Source: a virus
DNA: 64,000 nucleotides
Strand: one strand, 5' to 3'
Virus record (IMG/VR): IMGVR_UViG_3300021197_001203
Span: 44,316 to 108,315 of that record
Position 1 is the first letter of the stretch; every line of letters starts with the position of its first letter. Positions 9,485-19,078 of this stretch are shown here, piece by piece. The notes beneath the pieces are model-generated. The model saw nothing but the letters and a program-made list of their open reading frames with translations, did no database searches and was not told the origin of the DNA. A program made the position numbers and the translations under genes.

Positions 9485-9987
9485 GTAAAGCTGTGTCGAT
9501 CAGTCTTGAAGAGATGGATGCTTTTATGGAGGCTCAATTCTTTACTAGATTAGAGCCTGACCAAGTGGGGCATACTTGTTATGAGTGGGTCTATGAACAA
9601 GAGATGAATCATAGATATGCCCCAAACTGTAAGATTAGAATCTATTCAAGTATAGACCGTAATGGTGAATCAAGAGCTAAAGGTTCGGATGCAATAAGAG
9701 TAGTATTGACAGACCCTAAAGGCTATCCCTTCTGTAAAGCTTTCAAGCGTGTGCATAGAGTCAAAGGCTGGAGGCTTAACCTGTTAAGAAGATACGAGCC
9801 TGTGTTGCATGAGCCATGGAATTATACGTGGGCTGAGGAATACTGTTGTCCTAAGTGTAAGAACGGATTGCTAAGGACACGTTGGGGTAAAAAGGGTAGC
9901 TTCATGGGTTGTTCTAATTATCAATTGAGTAATCCCGATCCATGTAAATATACTGAACCCGTAATATTGCAGGAGGTATTACAATGA
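9481..9987 (+). CDS. Protein with C-terminal topoisomerase-type C4 zinc finger
   Basis: CPKC-x-GLLRTRWGKKGSFMGCSNY...CKYT matches the zf-C4_Topoisom pattern. Confidence 0.75.
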   Translation: MSKAVSISLEEMDAFMEAQFFTRLEPDQVGHTCYEWVYEQEMNHRYAPNCKIRIYSSIDRNGESRAKGSDAIRVVLTDPKGYPFCKAFKRVHRVKGWRLNLLRRYEPVLHEPWNYTWAEEYCCPKCKNGLLRTRWGKKGSFMGCSNYQLSNPDPCKYTEPVILQEVLQ

Positions 9988-10208
9988 AAATAGACTTAAG
10001 CGAAACAAAACCTGTGTATGAATTACACATTTGGTATGATAAAACAGAACCACCATTAGGTGAGTTCGATGAGTTTGTAAAGTATGAAAATGCTAACGAA
10101 GCGATAGAAGCATATCACAAATTAGATTGTGCATACAAGATACTCATAGAGTATGCAGGTGATGATGGTGATGTGTTGTTGGAACACAGCAGGGGTGATG
10201 ACAAATGA
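9984..10208 (+). CDS. Hypothetical protein, probable paralog of 17119..17364
   Basis: Coupled ORF with GGAGG RBS; shared Y-x4-W..K..P.LG..D...EA...Y..L pattern. Confidence 0.7.
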   Translation: MKIDLSETKPVYELHIWYDKTEPPLGEFDEFVKYENANEAIEAYHKLDCAYKILIEYAGDDGDVLLEHSRGDDK

Positions 10209-10744
10209 ATATATTTATCTTAGATGAAATACCAAGAATGGCGGCAAAATATCACTGTGATATTCACGTCAATAAAATGATATTAGAAACAACACAGATG
10301 TTATCAACGTGTTTAAGATTGAATGGTGCTGATGATGAGTGGATGATAGAAAGAGGCATTACTACCAAAGCAGGAACGCCATACAAAAAGACGCACCAAC
10401 ATCACCCAGCTGTGAAGTGGGCTTCTGAAACTAGAGATAATTTTGATTGGTTATCGGACTTAGGTTATTGGCTATTGATCGAATATCATTTTCGCTACGA
10501 CAAAACACACGGCTGTGAAAAACCTTTGATGAATATCATAAGATTAGACATAAATCAAAGTCATCTGATCAAAGAAGGTGAAATGACCGACTTTGCTCAA
10601 TGTATGCCCGATGAATACAAAGTCAAGGGTGATGCGGTAGCAGCTTATCGTGATTTTTACATCAATGATAAAGCTGGATTTGCTAAATGGAAACATAGCA
10701 CCCCGCAACCTGATTGGTGGCCTCATGAAGAGGTGGTGGCGTAA
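10205..10744 (+). CDS. Pyrimidine dimer DNA glycosylase / endonuclease V-like protein
   Basis: MNIFILD..P..AAKYHCD.HV.KMILET.QMLST, HQHHPAVKW, FAQCMPDEYK, AYRDFY are typical of this family. Confidence 0.85.
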   Translation: MNIFILDEIPRMAAKYHCDIHVNKMILETTQMLSTCLRLNGADDEWMIERGITTKAGTPYKKTHQHHPAVKWASETRDNFDWLSDLGYWLLIEYHFRYDKTHGCEKPLMNIIRLDINQSHLIKEGEMTDFAQCMPDEYKVKGDAVAAYRDFYINDKAGFAKWKHSTPQPDWWPHEEVVA

Positions 10745-11061
10745 TGGGATGGTGGCCATTAGACTTAGAAACAGGCAACATCAAGTGGGGTAAAACCCCA
10801 CCACATGATATGATGTGGGGTGATGCGGTTGCTGACGCTATGGACAGGATAATGGAAAATGCGTTAGAAGAAGCCATGGTTCAATGTAAGGCTATCTTTG
10901 AATCCTTAGAAGGCGAGCCAGTGATGACTCCTTTGGAGTTTTTATCGGGTATTGCCTTTTCATTGAATACTGTTGAAGAATATGCTTTCAGCCCAGCTTT
11001 CAAAGAAGCGTTGGGTGGTTATACATTACAAGTTAAATTAGTCAAAAAGGAGGATGAGTGA
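10744..11061 (+). CDS. Hypothetical protein
   Basis: Coupled ORF (TAATG overlap) with GAGGTGG RBS. Confidence 0.7.
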   Translation: MGWWPLDLETGNIKWGKTPPHDMMWGDAVADAMDRIMENALEEAMVQCKAIFESLEGEPVMTPLEFLSGIAFSLNTVEEYAFSPAFKEALGGYTLQVKLVKKEDE

Positions 11062-11062
11062 T

Positions 11063-11197
11063 ATGCCTATATGGAAAATATGTGCAAACTGTGGGATGCC
11101 TGACGGCGGGACGACAGAATGCTGGCGTGTTGAAAAGGGCGCAAGGGTTGTGTTTCCAGCTGGGCACAGCTTCTTCGATCAGGAGATGAAAAAATGA
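11063..11197 (+). CDS. Small Cys-containing protein (44 aa)
   Basis: Manual translation MPIWKICANCGMPDGG...; fills the gap and overlaps the next ATG (ATGA). Confidence 0.5.
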   Translation: MPIWKICANCGMPDGGTTECWRVEKGARVVFPAGHSFFDQEMKK

Positions 11198-11544
11198 CTC
11201 GGTATGAATACACTTGTTTAGCTTGTAATGAAACTGTTTTGTTGCGAGGCGAGCCTATGCACAATGACCTTTTGGAAAAGGGTCAATGTCCAGCTTGTGG
11301 ACATAGTGGCAGCTCTATATGGGATTACCGCTATCCTGAACGGACACCCTCTTTTGACCCGTGGAGTAAATGCCCTACTTGTAATAACAAACAAGGTTTA
11401 GCCCTCAAGGTCTTAGTGAAACATAATCCCGATTGGAGGGGCGTGGACAGATGTTTTCGTTTTTGCAGCCCTAAGTATGGTGGTTGTGGTGAAAAGTTCT
11501 TTGAAGATGGAATTGAAGGTATTGAAGGTGATGAAAATGAATGA
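11194..11544 (+). CDS. Multi-zinc-ribbon protein
   Basis: CLAC, CPAC, CPTC and C..FC....GGC motifs. Confidence 0.7.
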   Translation: MTRYEYTCLACNETVLLRGEPMHNDLLEKGQCPACGHSGSSIWDYRYPERTPSFDPWSKCPTCNNKQGLALKVLVKHNPDWRGVDRCFRFCSPKYGGCGEKFFEDGIEGIEGDENE

Positions 11545-11800
11545 TACAGAAAAACGCTGGGTAAAGTATGCACAAGAGCATTTAACGGGCAAAACAATCG
11601 TTTCAGTTAGATACCTGACCAAAGAAGAAGCAAAGGGTATGTATTGGACAGCTCAATGCCTTGTGATCACGCTAAACGATGGAACGGTGTTATTCCCTTC
11701 AAGAGATGATGAAGGCAACGGTGCTGGGACAATGTTCGGCAGAACAAGCAAGAATGGCGGTGCTGATTTGACATTTCCAGTTCTTCAAATCTATGACTGA
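11537..11800 (+). CDS. Conserved viral hypothetical protein
   Basis: Start reassigned to MNDTEKRW after a GGTGA RBS; contains PSRDDEGNGAG. Confidence 0.7.
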   Translation: MNDTEKRWVKYAQEHLTGKTIVSVRYLTKEEAKGMYWTAQCLVITLNDGTVLFPSRDDEGNGAGTMFGRTSKNGGADLTFPVLQIYD

Positions 11801-11809
11801 GGTGATTAA

Positions 11810-12013
11810 ATGAAAGATAATGAGTGGGGGACTAGGTTTTGGTCGCCTATGCCACAGCCGCCAAGAGAACCGCAGGATGAAGATGTAATGTCTATTCACT
11901 TGTGTCCTGTGTGTGAACGAAGATTAAGGCACCCTCAAGACCTAAAACTAGGGCTAAAAAAGGATAGTTTGCTACAATGTGATGGTTGTGGCTGGTGGAC
12001 TATTTTGAAATAG
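11810..12013 (+). CDS. Small zinc-ribbon protein
   Basis: GAGGTGA RBS; CPVC...CDGC. Confidence 0.65.
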   Translation: MKDNEWGTRFWSPMPQPPREPQDEDVMSIHLCPVCERRLRHPQDLKLGLKKDSLLQCDGCGWWTILK

Positions 12014-12068
12014 TTTTGATCGAATCAATGTGAGAGGTTAATAATAACACGACAATCGGTCAGCCTAC

Positions 12069-13703
12069 ATGGGACGAGATGAACAACCAATATATGTATT
12101 GAATCAAAACATAGACCGCAAACAAGGCAGGACAGCACAGCGCAGTAATATAGCTGCGGCCAAAGCAGTAGCTGAAGCTGTTCGATCAACATTAGGGCCA
12201 AGCGGTTCTGATAAGATGTTGGTATCAGGAGAGGGTAAAAGCGTCATAATAACTAATGATGGTGCTACAATACTGAGAGAGATAGATTGCCAACACCCAG
12301 CGGGACAGCTTATGATTAGTGTCGCTGAAGTCCAAGAAGAAGTAGCTTATGACGGCACCACAAGCTCGGTTATAGTAGCAGGTAGTCTATTAGCTGAAGC
12401 TGAACAATTAATATCCAAAGGCATACATCCCACTACTATTTGTAAAGGTTTCAAGAGTGCTTCTAAGGTTGCGTTAGAAAAAATTAAGAGTCAGGCTAAA
12501 GATGTTGAAATGATGATGGAGGCTTCAGACCTTGAAAAAGAGGCGGCTCTGTCTATGATTGCTAAAACCGCATTAACTGGTAAATCCGCAGAGAGTGAGA
12601 TTGACCAAATAGCAGGATTAGCTATTGATTCAGTCATGAGAGTAGGTGGAGAGGGTAAAGCGGATTTGGATGACATTAAGATATTGACATTTTCAGGTGC
12701 TAGCTTTGAAGACTCACATATTTTAGATGGAGTGCTTCTTGAAAAAGAGCCAGTGCATAGTCAGATGCCCACATCAGCGAGTGGTAAAATATTGTGTCTA
12801 ACATCTGATATTGAAGTTAGAGAATTAAAACAAGAGACTACCCTTTCGATCACAGACCCAAACGCACTAGAACAATTTCTAGCTAAAGAAGAGGCGGCCT
12901 TGTTAGAGATGGTTGATGCTATAAAAGCGTCAAAGAGTAAAATTGTGCTGTGTAAAGGGGCTATTGATGAGTTGGCCCAGCACTACTTACAGAATGCAGG
13001 AATTATAGCTGTGAACCGTGTGAAAATGTCAGACCTTCAATTAGTTTGTAAATCCACAGGGGCAAAGCTAGTCAATTCTTTGAAAGATATTAGTCAGAAG
13101 GATTTAGGAGATGGTGCTACCGATGTAGTGGAGTATGGTGATCATAAATGCCTACACATATATGGCGAAAACGCCAACAATCCTTCACCTGTTTCAGCTG
13201 TTTTACGAGGTGTTAGCTCTCATACAGCCGAAGAGTTAGAACGAGCTTTTGATGATACTGTGGGGGTTGTTTCCGTTGCTTATATTAATAATCAATTTTT
13301 AGTGGGTGGCGGGGCATCATACATGGGTTTGTCAAAGGAATTGAATAGCTATGCAAAGTCTGTTGGTGGACGTGAACAAATGGCCGTTGAAGCGTTTGCT
13401 AGAGCATTAGAGAGTGTCCCAATAACATTAGCCGAGAATGCTGGTGCTGATGCCGTTGATGTTATGATTCAGTTGAGGCACGTTGTCGCTAATAATCCCC
13501 GTTCAGTTCACGGTATTGACATGAGTGGTAAAGTAAGTAATATTCTAACCGAGAAGGTCATAGAGCCAGCGATAGTCATCGAATCAGCAGTTAAATCGGC
13601 TACTGAAGCAGCTGTGTCTATTCTGAGGATTGACGATGTTTTGAGTATGAAGCCAGCTGGTGGGCCTATGGGTGGTATGCCTAGTATGGGTGGTATGGGC
13701 TAA
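12069..13703 (+). CDS. ths: Thermosome subunit (group II chaperonin)
   Basis: RSTLGP.G.DKMLV, ITNDGATILRE, (Y)DGTTS, GIHPT, LAENAG, ILRIDD and a C-terminal GGM repeat. Confidence 0.95.
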   Translation: MGRDEQPIYVLNQNIDRKQGRTAQRSNIAAAKAVAEAVRSTLGPSGSDKMLVSGEGKSVIITNDGATILREIDCQHPAGQLMISVAEVQEEVAYDGTTSSVIVAGSLLAEAEQLISKGIHPTTICKGFKSASKVALEKIKSQAKDVEMMMEASDLEKEAALSMIAKTALTGKSAESEIDQIAGLAIDSVMRVGGEGKADLDDIKILTFSGASFEDSHILDGVLLEKEPVHSQMPTSASGKILCLTSDIEVRELKQETTLSITDPNALEQFLAKEEAALLEMVDAIKASKSKIVLCKGAIDELAQHYLQNAGIIAVNRVKMSDLQLVCKSTGAKLVNSLKDISQKDLGDGATDVVEYGDHKCLHIYGENANNPSPVSAVLRGVSSHTAEELERAFDDTVGVVSVAYINNQFLVGGGASYMGLSKELNSYAKSVGGREQMAVEAFARALESVPITLAENAGADAVDVMIQLRHVVANNPRSVHGIDMSGKVSNILTEKVIEPAIVIESAVKSATEAAVSILRIDDVLSMKPAGGPMGGMPSMGGMG

Positions 13704-13966
13704 TGCCTATACGTGCAAATAAAACATTAAGATTAAGAAACAAATTAATTGCATTCTTAAAGGTGCGAGGCACTGCTTCTTCAAGGCAATTGCTCGATCA
13801 CTTCAACTCAACGACAAGACAAGGCTCAACCATGAATAGCATGACAAACGTGCTAGCAAAAGACCCTAGATTCAAAATAGTAGGACATACCAAAGTATCA
13901 AAGTTTTCAGGTAAATACTCTATGCTAGTGTGGGGTCTTTCAGGTGAAGAAGAAGAAGAAGAGTGA
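13703..13966 (+). CDS. Small basic winged-helix-like protein (DUF3860-like)
   Basis: Basic 87-aa protein with the pattern LLDHFN..TRQG.TM..MTNVLAKD.RF...VW. Confidence 0.55.
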   Translation: MPIRANKTLRLRNKLIAFLKVRGTASSRQLLDHFNSTTRQGSTMNSMTNVLAKDPRFKIVGHTKVSKFSGKYSMLVWGLSGEEEEEE

Positions 13967-14186
13967 TACGTTGTGCAACGTGCATCATTTGAGAGTCAGA
14001 AGAGAAACTAAGTGTAGGTTATGTGGTAGGTCATATTCATGAGAAATAGAAGAGCTTGCAGGTGGTGTGGAGGCAAGGTCGATCACAACCATGATAGGAA
14101 ATATAGGTGTGAAAATTGCCCCCCAAAATGGAACGCACGATAAAACAAAAAATGCCTCGCAGTATCACGTTTAGCTGACCTAAGTA

Positions 14187-14246
14187 TTATAAGGGGTGCC
14201 CCCCCTCATAGGTAATGTAGTGGACACGGGGCCACTGAGAATGGAG
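14187..14246 (+). promoter_or_regulatory. Early promoter (TTATAAGGGG), 5' hairpin and RBS
   Basis: Box at 14187-14196, a C-run, then AGTGG...CCACT stem at 14219-14236 and GGAG. Confidence 0.6.
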
Positions 14247-14377
14247 ATGAAGAGAATGACAACAGATAAAACGGAATGTAATGGTAAAGAATGTATGTGC
14301 GGCACTAAATCATCAGGTGAGATGATAGTGCCTATTGGACAGGGACACAGCTGGTGTCTTGATTGTGGAGGGATTGT

Positions 14378-15427
14378 ATGAGCCACATGAAACATGAATC
14401 ATGGATGATCAGATTGGACAACAAAGCAGTTAATAAAATGGAGTTAGTAAAACACTTCTGTCTAAATATAGACTGGGATTCGATTGTCGATCAAGCGTAT
14501 GACTGGTGTAAAGAGAATCATTACTTAGGTCAGCAGCCTACACTTATGGATGAATTGCCTAAAGTAAAGCAGACAGAATATAGCTCAAATAAAAGAATGG
14601 CCGACCTATGGTCTAATACTGAATCCTCATTAAGAAGTCAAGCAATACTTAGAAGACAGCCAGTAAAAGTAGGCGGTGGATTCATTGTGCGATTTAGTGG
14701 TAATGGGTCAAGAGCTGGCCCTCATTACGGTTGCACACTTGGGACTAATTGGGTATCGACAAAGGCAGGTGTTGATACAATAATCCATGAGCTGGCGCAT
14801 ATAGCTCATCTAGGACGTTATCATAAAGCAGTGATTAATGGACGGGCTAGGCCACACGATATATTTTACAATAGGATTATGCTGACTGCTATGGACGCAG
14901 CGTTTGGTTTGACTAAATCATGCACTGACCCCATTTACATGGGTTATTCTGTTGGTAATGGCTATGCGCCAACATCAAAGGTAAAAGGAATGATTAATCT
15001 TGATACAGACAGGATGAAGCCATTCATCACAAGAGAAAACTTTGATTGGTTGGATGATCGAGAAGAAGCAAAACAAATCAAGGCGGCTAAACCAAAGAAA
15101 CAACGAATTACAAGACAAACAGGTGAAGGGACATACGAAACTAATTGTGGTGATATTGAAATTACCAATGTTGGTGGCTACGGCTATACTTGTTATGAGA
15201 TTGAAGCACCAAACGGATTCAATTGGTGTGGTGCCCATTACAAAGAAGTTAATACAATCAAAGAGGCGTATTCCTACCTAGGCACGTATGACAAAGACAA
15301 GGGACGATACACAGGTGATGAGCTAGAACGATGCGAGGCTGGTTGTGATTGTGAATGGGACGTTGTTGATAGCGAGCATTACAGTTCTGTCCGATCACTT
15401 GATGGTCTAGCGTCATTGTTTGCATAG
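14378..15427 (+). CDS. Zincin-like (SprT-like) metallopeptidase domain protein
   Basis: IIHELAHIAH (HExxH) with a downstream PHDIFY third ligand. Start reassigned to ATG 14378 after GGAGG. Confidence 0.7.
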   Translation: MSHMKHESWMIRLDNKAVNKMELVKHFCLNIDWDSIVDQAYDWCKENHYLGQQPTLMDELPKVKQTEYSSNKRMADLWSNTESSLRSQAILRRQPVKVGGGFIVRFSGNGSRAGPHYGCTLGTNWVSTKAGVDTIIHELAHIAHLGRYHKAVINGRARPHDIFYNRIMLTAMDAAFGLTKSCTDPIYMGYSVGNGYAPTSKVKGMINLDTDRMKPFITRENFDWLDDREEAKQIKAAKPKKQRITRQTGEGTYETNCGDIEITNVGGYGYTCYEIEAPNGFNWCGAHYKEVNTIKEAYSYLGTYDKDKGRYTGDELERCEAGCDCEWDVVDSEHYSSVRSLDGLASLFA

Positions 15428-15492
15428 AGGTATTGGGTGAATACCCTATATGAATTAATTAGGCAGTAAGTTAGAGTATCAAACTGCTGTAT

Positions 15493-15540
15493 TAATATAG
15501 GGAACCTACCCCTGAGAGGATTACCACTACGAGTGGGAGT
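15493..15540 (+). promoter_or_regulatory. Early promoter (TAATATAGGG), 5' hairpin and RBS
   Basis: Box at 15493-15502; CCACT-ACG-AGTGG stem at 15524-15536, followed by GGAG. Confidence 0.6.
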
Positions 15541-15541
15541 A

Positions 15542-16519
15542 ATGATTGAGATGACGAGAAAGATATTGAAAGAGAAACTTGAAGCACAGCTAGAAGGAAT
15601 GCTAACACCCGAAATAGGGCCATTATTAGAAGTGGCCGGATCGCTATGTAAGGAGATATGGCATGAAAAAAATGGTGTCTATCTTGATGCCGATGACCGT
15701 AAGGTCAAGCAGCAAACAAATGATGTATTGGCGGTAGTCGATTCAGTCAGCCATATTGAAATCAAATTAGGCAATGGTAAAGTATTATCATTTGGCAATG
15801 CTAAACCTGACAAACCAGCTATGACTATACCTTACGGCATGAGTGATAGAATCAATACAGCAGCAATGCCTAAAGATTGGTTGCCTATGGCTCTATACCA
15901 ACACTTAGTCGATGTATATGAAGGAGACACTACCTTTGCACAGGATGTTGCAGATTATCTGAATAAATGTATTGACGCAGCTACTGAGATTAGTGAAGAG
16001 GGTAGGCTTTCGATCAACAAGAAGAAACTACCGACTCCTTCAGCTACTGTGTTTACACAAGGTTTAGTGGAGTCTCACAAAAGAATGTTCAAATCAAAAA
16101 CCAAAGGTTCAACAGTATTCAATCTGACTTGTAGTATTGAAGATATTCAAGACGACCAGCCACTTAGAATACCACCACGATTAACGGGATTCATATCCCC
16201 TAATATCATAGAAACTCCAGTTGCGCCACCAATGACTTCAAGGCCGCACACTTTACAGTCAGAAGCAACGGAGGACAAGGAGGCAGACGAAGGTGGTATG
16301 TCTGTTTCCGACCACTTGTTCAATGTGCTGGGTAATGACCCACTAACTAAGGGCATGATCAGAAAGGCGATAGCTGATAACGTCCCTGAGCCGATGTGGG
16401 TGGCTGAATTAGATAAGCTGGTCAAAGAGGGTATCATAATCAAGGACGCTAGTGGTGGGCCTAGAAGCACAAAATATGTGGTGGTTTCACCTATTCCTGA
16501 TTTGGAGGTGATCGAATGA
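15542..16519 (+). CDS. Hypothetical protein with possible C-terminal winged-helix
   Basis: Long ORF; Pro-rich linker, then LTKGMIR...LDKLVKEGII....G..RSTKY. Confidence 0.7.
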   Translation: MIEMTRKILKEKLEAQLEGMLTPEIGPLLEVAGSLCKEIWHEKNGVYLDADDRKVKQQTNDVLAVVDSVSHIEIKLGNGKVLSFGNAKPDKPAMTIPYGMSDRINTAAMPKDWLPMALYQHLVDVYEGDTTFAQDVADYLNKCIDAATEISEEGRLSINKKKLPTPSATVFTQGLVESHKRMFKSKTKGSTVFNLTCSIEDIQDDQPLRIPPRLTGFISPNIIETPVAPPMTSRPHTLQSEATEDKEADEGGMSVSDHLFNVLGNDPLTKGMIRKAIADNVPEPMWVAELDKLVKEGIIIKDASGGPRSTKYVVVSPIPDLEVIE

Positions 16520-16899
16520 AGGCAAATGGTATTCCTGTCAAAGAGGCATACATTTTGAGAGCTTCAGGCGAGCTAGATTATACTCTCTTGTCTGAAGAGG
16601 ATTGGTTTGAAGAGGTTTCAATCATATTAGGAGGAATGGTTGAGCCTGTAAATTATGTTAGAGAACACATAGGTGAAATGTATGTAAATGAAGAAGGCAT
16701 ACCTTTAGGACTCCAACCTAATCTTTTAGCTATGTCATTATTTGACCGACAGCCTTTCGGAAACACAGTGTTTAGAGGTAATGTTGTCTTGATGAGAAAA
16801 GGCATGAATGCTGATGTTAGAAATAACATAGACCTACTGATCGCATCAATGGAAATACAAACAAAAGAATGGTTCGATGTAAAGGAGGAAGAGGAATGA
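16516..16899 (+). CDS. DUF3846-like protein
   Basis: LGGMVEPV...MYVNEEG..LGL.PN..A...GNVVL. Confidence 0.7.
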   Translation: MKANGIPVKEAYILRASGELDYTLLSEEDWFEEVSIILGGMVEPVNYVREHIGEMYVNEEGIPLGLQPNLLAMSLFDRQPFGNTVFRGNVVLMRKGMNADVRNNIDLLIASMEIQTKEWFDVKEEEE

Positions 16900-17118
16900 A
16901 TAATTACGAATGTTCATGTTGTGGTCATATATGGGCTGATGATGACGGACAACCATGTGGATGTGGTGAAGAATGAGCGACACAGAAAAGACTTGTTGTG
17001 AATGGTGTAGTGAAACTATCTCATCTAAAAAAGATGAGAGACGCATTAGAGGGGAGACGATTTGTAAGGATTGTAAAGATGGTTGGAATGAGCAACCTGC
17101 TGATGGGGGGTTTTGGTA

Positions 17119-17364
17119 ATGAGCAAGGCAACAGAATATGCAATATTAGTATGGGATGTGAAGCCCGAAGATTACCCCTTTCTCGGTTGTATAGACAGGG
17201 AGTTCAACGTGGACACTCTTGATGAGGCAAACAAAATCTATGAAGGTTTAACGGATGTGTTTGCTAAGGAACTACATCACTATTACGAATACAAAACACA
17301 TGGGTTCATGTCTAGTTCTAACTGTCTAATGTCATGGGCGATTGAAGGAGATGATGATGAATGA
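17119..17364 (+). CDS. Hypothetical protein, probable paralog of 9984..10208
   Basis: ORF within the operon; similarity seen by eye. Confidence 0.65.
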   Translation: MSKATEYAILVWDVKPEDYPFLGCIDREFNVDTLDEANKIYEGLTDVFAKELHHYYEYKTHGFMSSSNCLMSWAIEGDDDE

Positions 17365-17588
17365 GCAAAGAAGATTATTACATGAGTAATGAACACGGTG
17401 CGGCTCTTTACTTGTTTGCTGGTGCAGGAGATTTAAGATTCGTAATAACGCCTAGTGGTGATGGACGCATTGAATTGAGTCAGCCTAGAAAACATATTCA
17501 ATTTAAGTTAGATAACTCTCAAATCACTATGATGACTAAATATCTTAATGAAGAATACGAGAAGGTGTATCAGGAGGAATCAGAATGA
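17361..17588 (+). CDS. Hypothetical protein
   Basis: ATGA-coupled ORF. Confidence 0.65.
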   Translation: MSKEDYYMSNEHGAALYLFAGAGDLRFVITPSGDGRIELSQPRKHIQFKLDNSQITMMTKYLNEEYEKVYQEESE

Positions 17589-18007
17589 AGTTTATGATAG
17601 AAGTTGAATTGTCAAAGGAGGACATTTGGGGTCAGCTTGTTGGGGCTTTAGAAGGAGGGAGTAATTATTGGATCGATTATGTTGAAGAACAAGTTCCTAA
17701 AGATTTCACCCATGTAAGCTCATCTGAAGTGCCTTATAGTAATCAAGAAATAGATTACCACACTAAGAATCAAACCTATTCATATACAAGTCAGCTGCCG
17801 TTATTAGGTGGTTCATTTACAGTTATAGAGAGAGGTTATGACCACAACCCGAAAGTGGTCAATGCAGAAAATATCCTAGCTGGCCTAAAAAAAATGGCTG
17901 AAAAATCACCAAGACACATGAAAGATTTGATCGAGGAAACATTCGACTCAACAACCAGTGATGTATTGCTACAATACACTGTCTTTGGAGAGGTTATCTA
18001 TGGGTAG
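17585..18007 (+). CDS. Conserved viral hypothetical protein
   Basis: ALEGGSNYW and the C-terminal D...SDVLLQ..VFGEVIYG pattern recalled from phage early proteins. Confidence 0.75.
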   Translation: MKFMIEVELSKEDIWGQLVGALEGGSNYWIDYVEEQVPKDFTHVSSSEVPYSNQEIDYHTKNQTYSYTSQLPLLGGSFTVIERGYDHNPKVVNAENILAGLKKMAEKSPRHMKDLIEETFDSTTSDVLLQYTVFGEVIYG

Positions 18008-18233
18008 GACTCGTATAGAGTATAATAGAAAACCACGTTCAAGGTCGCAAAGAAGAGCAAACTTAGTTTGGAGTGGGGCTAGAATGGTATTTGGTTCGCC
18101 TCCTGATTCTATGACTATCATAAAAGCTGGTCAAGGCAGAAGCACTGAATGGATAATAAGAAAGAATGATAAAAAGATAGAGTTGTCAGGAGACAGTAAA
18201 GCGGCTTATCAGAAGCTGATGGAGATGATATGA
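18000..18233 (+). CDS. Small basic hypothetical protein
   Basis: Start reassigned to MGRTRIEY after GGAGAGG. Confidence 0.6.
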   Translation: MGRTRIEYNRKPRSRSQRRANLVWSGARMVFGSPPDSMTIIKAGQGRSTEWIIRKNDKKIELSGDSKAAYQKLMEMI

Positions 18234-19042
18234 TGAAGATAGTAAGGTCATTCCCTAGCTCGCTACCTACTGAATTATTAACTCAATTTTATCGTGTAAG
18301 AAACACGATCAGAGTTGGGGGCGACTTAGTAAGTGTAGCTGGTGAATCGAAAGTCTCAAGATTTCCATACAAAGACGCAAGGTTCCCTATGTGGTCTAAA
18401 GAAGGCATTGAATCAATGTATGATTATGGGCAACATACAGTTTCTTCTAACCCGTTTTTTGTAGGCGGGGTTGAATATCTTGAAGAGCCAAAGGAACCAA
18501 TACATTATACTAATAAAGAAGTATTAGGATGGATAGAATCAGAATATCCTATTCATAATGTTTGGGATGAAGGGGAGATAATTGCTTTATTACCCGAAGT
18601 CGAAATACCCCCTCTTTTCTTCAACAGGGGGCAGATGTATGCAGCGGTTAATATGAATGGCGAGCTGGGGGTTGTCTGTCGTTCTGTGCGTGATTCTTAT
18701 GTTATGATAGACTTTGATGACACCTGTTTAGATGACTTCAAGATTGCAGCTTTAACATCAGGCTGGCAGTGTATAGAGTATGAAACCCATCTATTAAACG
18801 ACCCTCCAGTAATCAGGGCTAATTTATCAGGTCATCACGATTTGAAATATTTCCCAAGAGTCGATGACGGCCATTTTGATCAGAAAACCTTTGCATTTTG
18901 GGTGGGTTCCCGTTGTAAATGGTGTGGCTCATCATCCCTAACACCTCCGTTCTTAGGCGAAAGAGGGTGTGTTGCTTGTAAAACAGTCGGAGAGGATAAC
19001 GTATCTAGTGATAACTTCATTAATCTAAATGATTTAGTGTGA
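18230..19042 (+). CDS. Hypothetical protein with C-terminal zinc finger
   Basis: 270 aa; CKWC...CVAC. Confidence 0.7.
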   Translation: MMKIVRSFPSSLPTELLTQFYRVRNTIRVGGDLVSVAGESKVSRFPYKDARFPMWSKEGIESMYDYGQHTVSSNPFFVGGVEYLEEPKEPIHYTNKEVLGWIESEYPIHNVWDEGEIIALLPEVEIPPLFFNRGQMYAAVNMNGELGVVCRSVRDSYVMIDFDDTCLDDFKIAALTSGWQCIEYETHLLNDPPVIRANLSGHHDLKYFPRVDDGHFDQKTFAFWVGSRCKWCGSSSLTPPFLGERGCVACKTVGEDNVSSDNFINLNDLV

Positions 19043-19078
19043 GTGATTAAAGGCAGCACTACATTCAGATCGCTTAAG

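Noticed and set aside
13967-14186. tRNA or structured ncRNA in intergenic gaps (also 1360-1630 and 15428-15490)
   Set aside because: No cloverleaf or T-loop consensus recognised by eye; a covariance-model search would be needed to exclude one.
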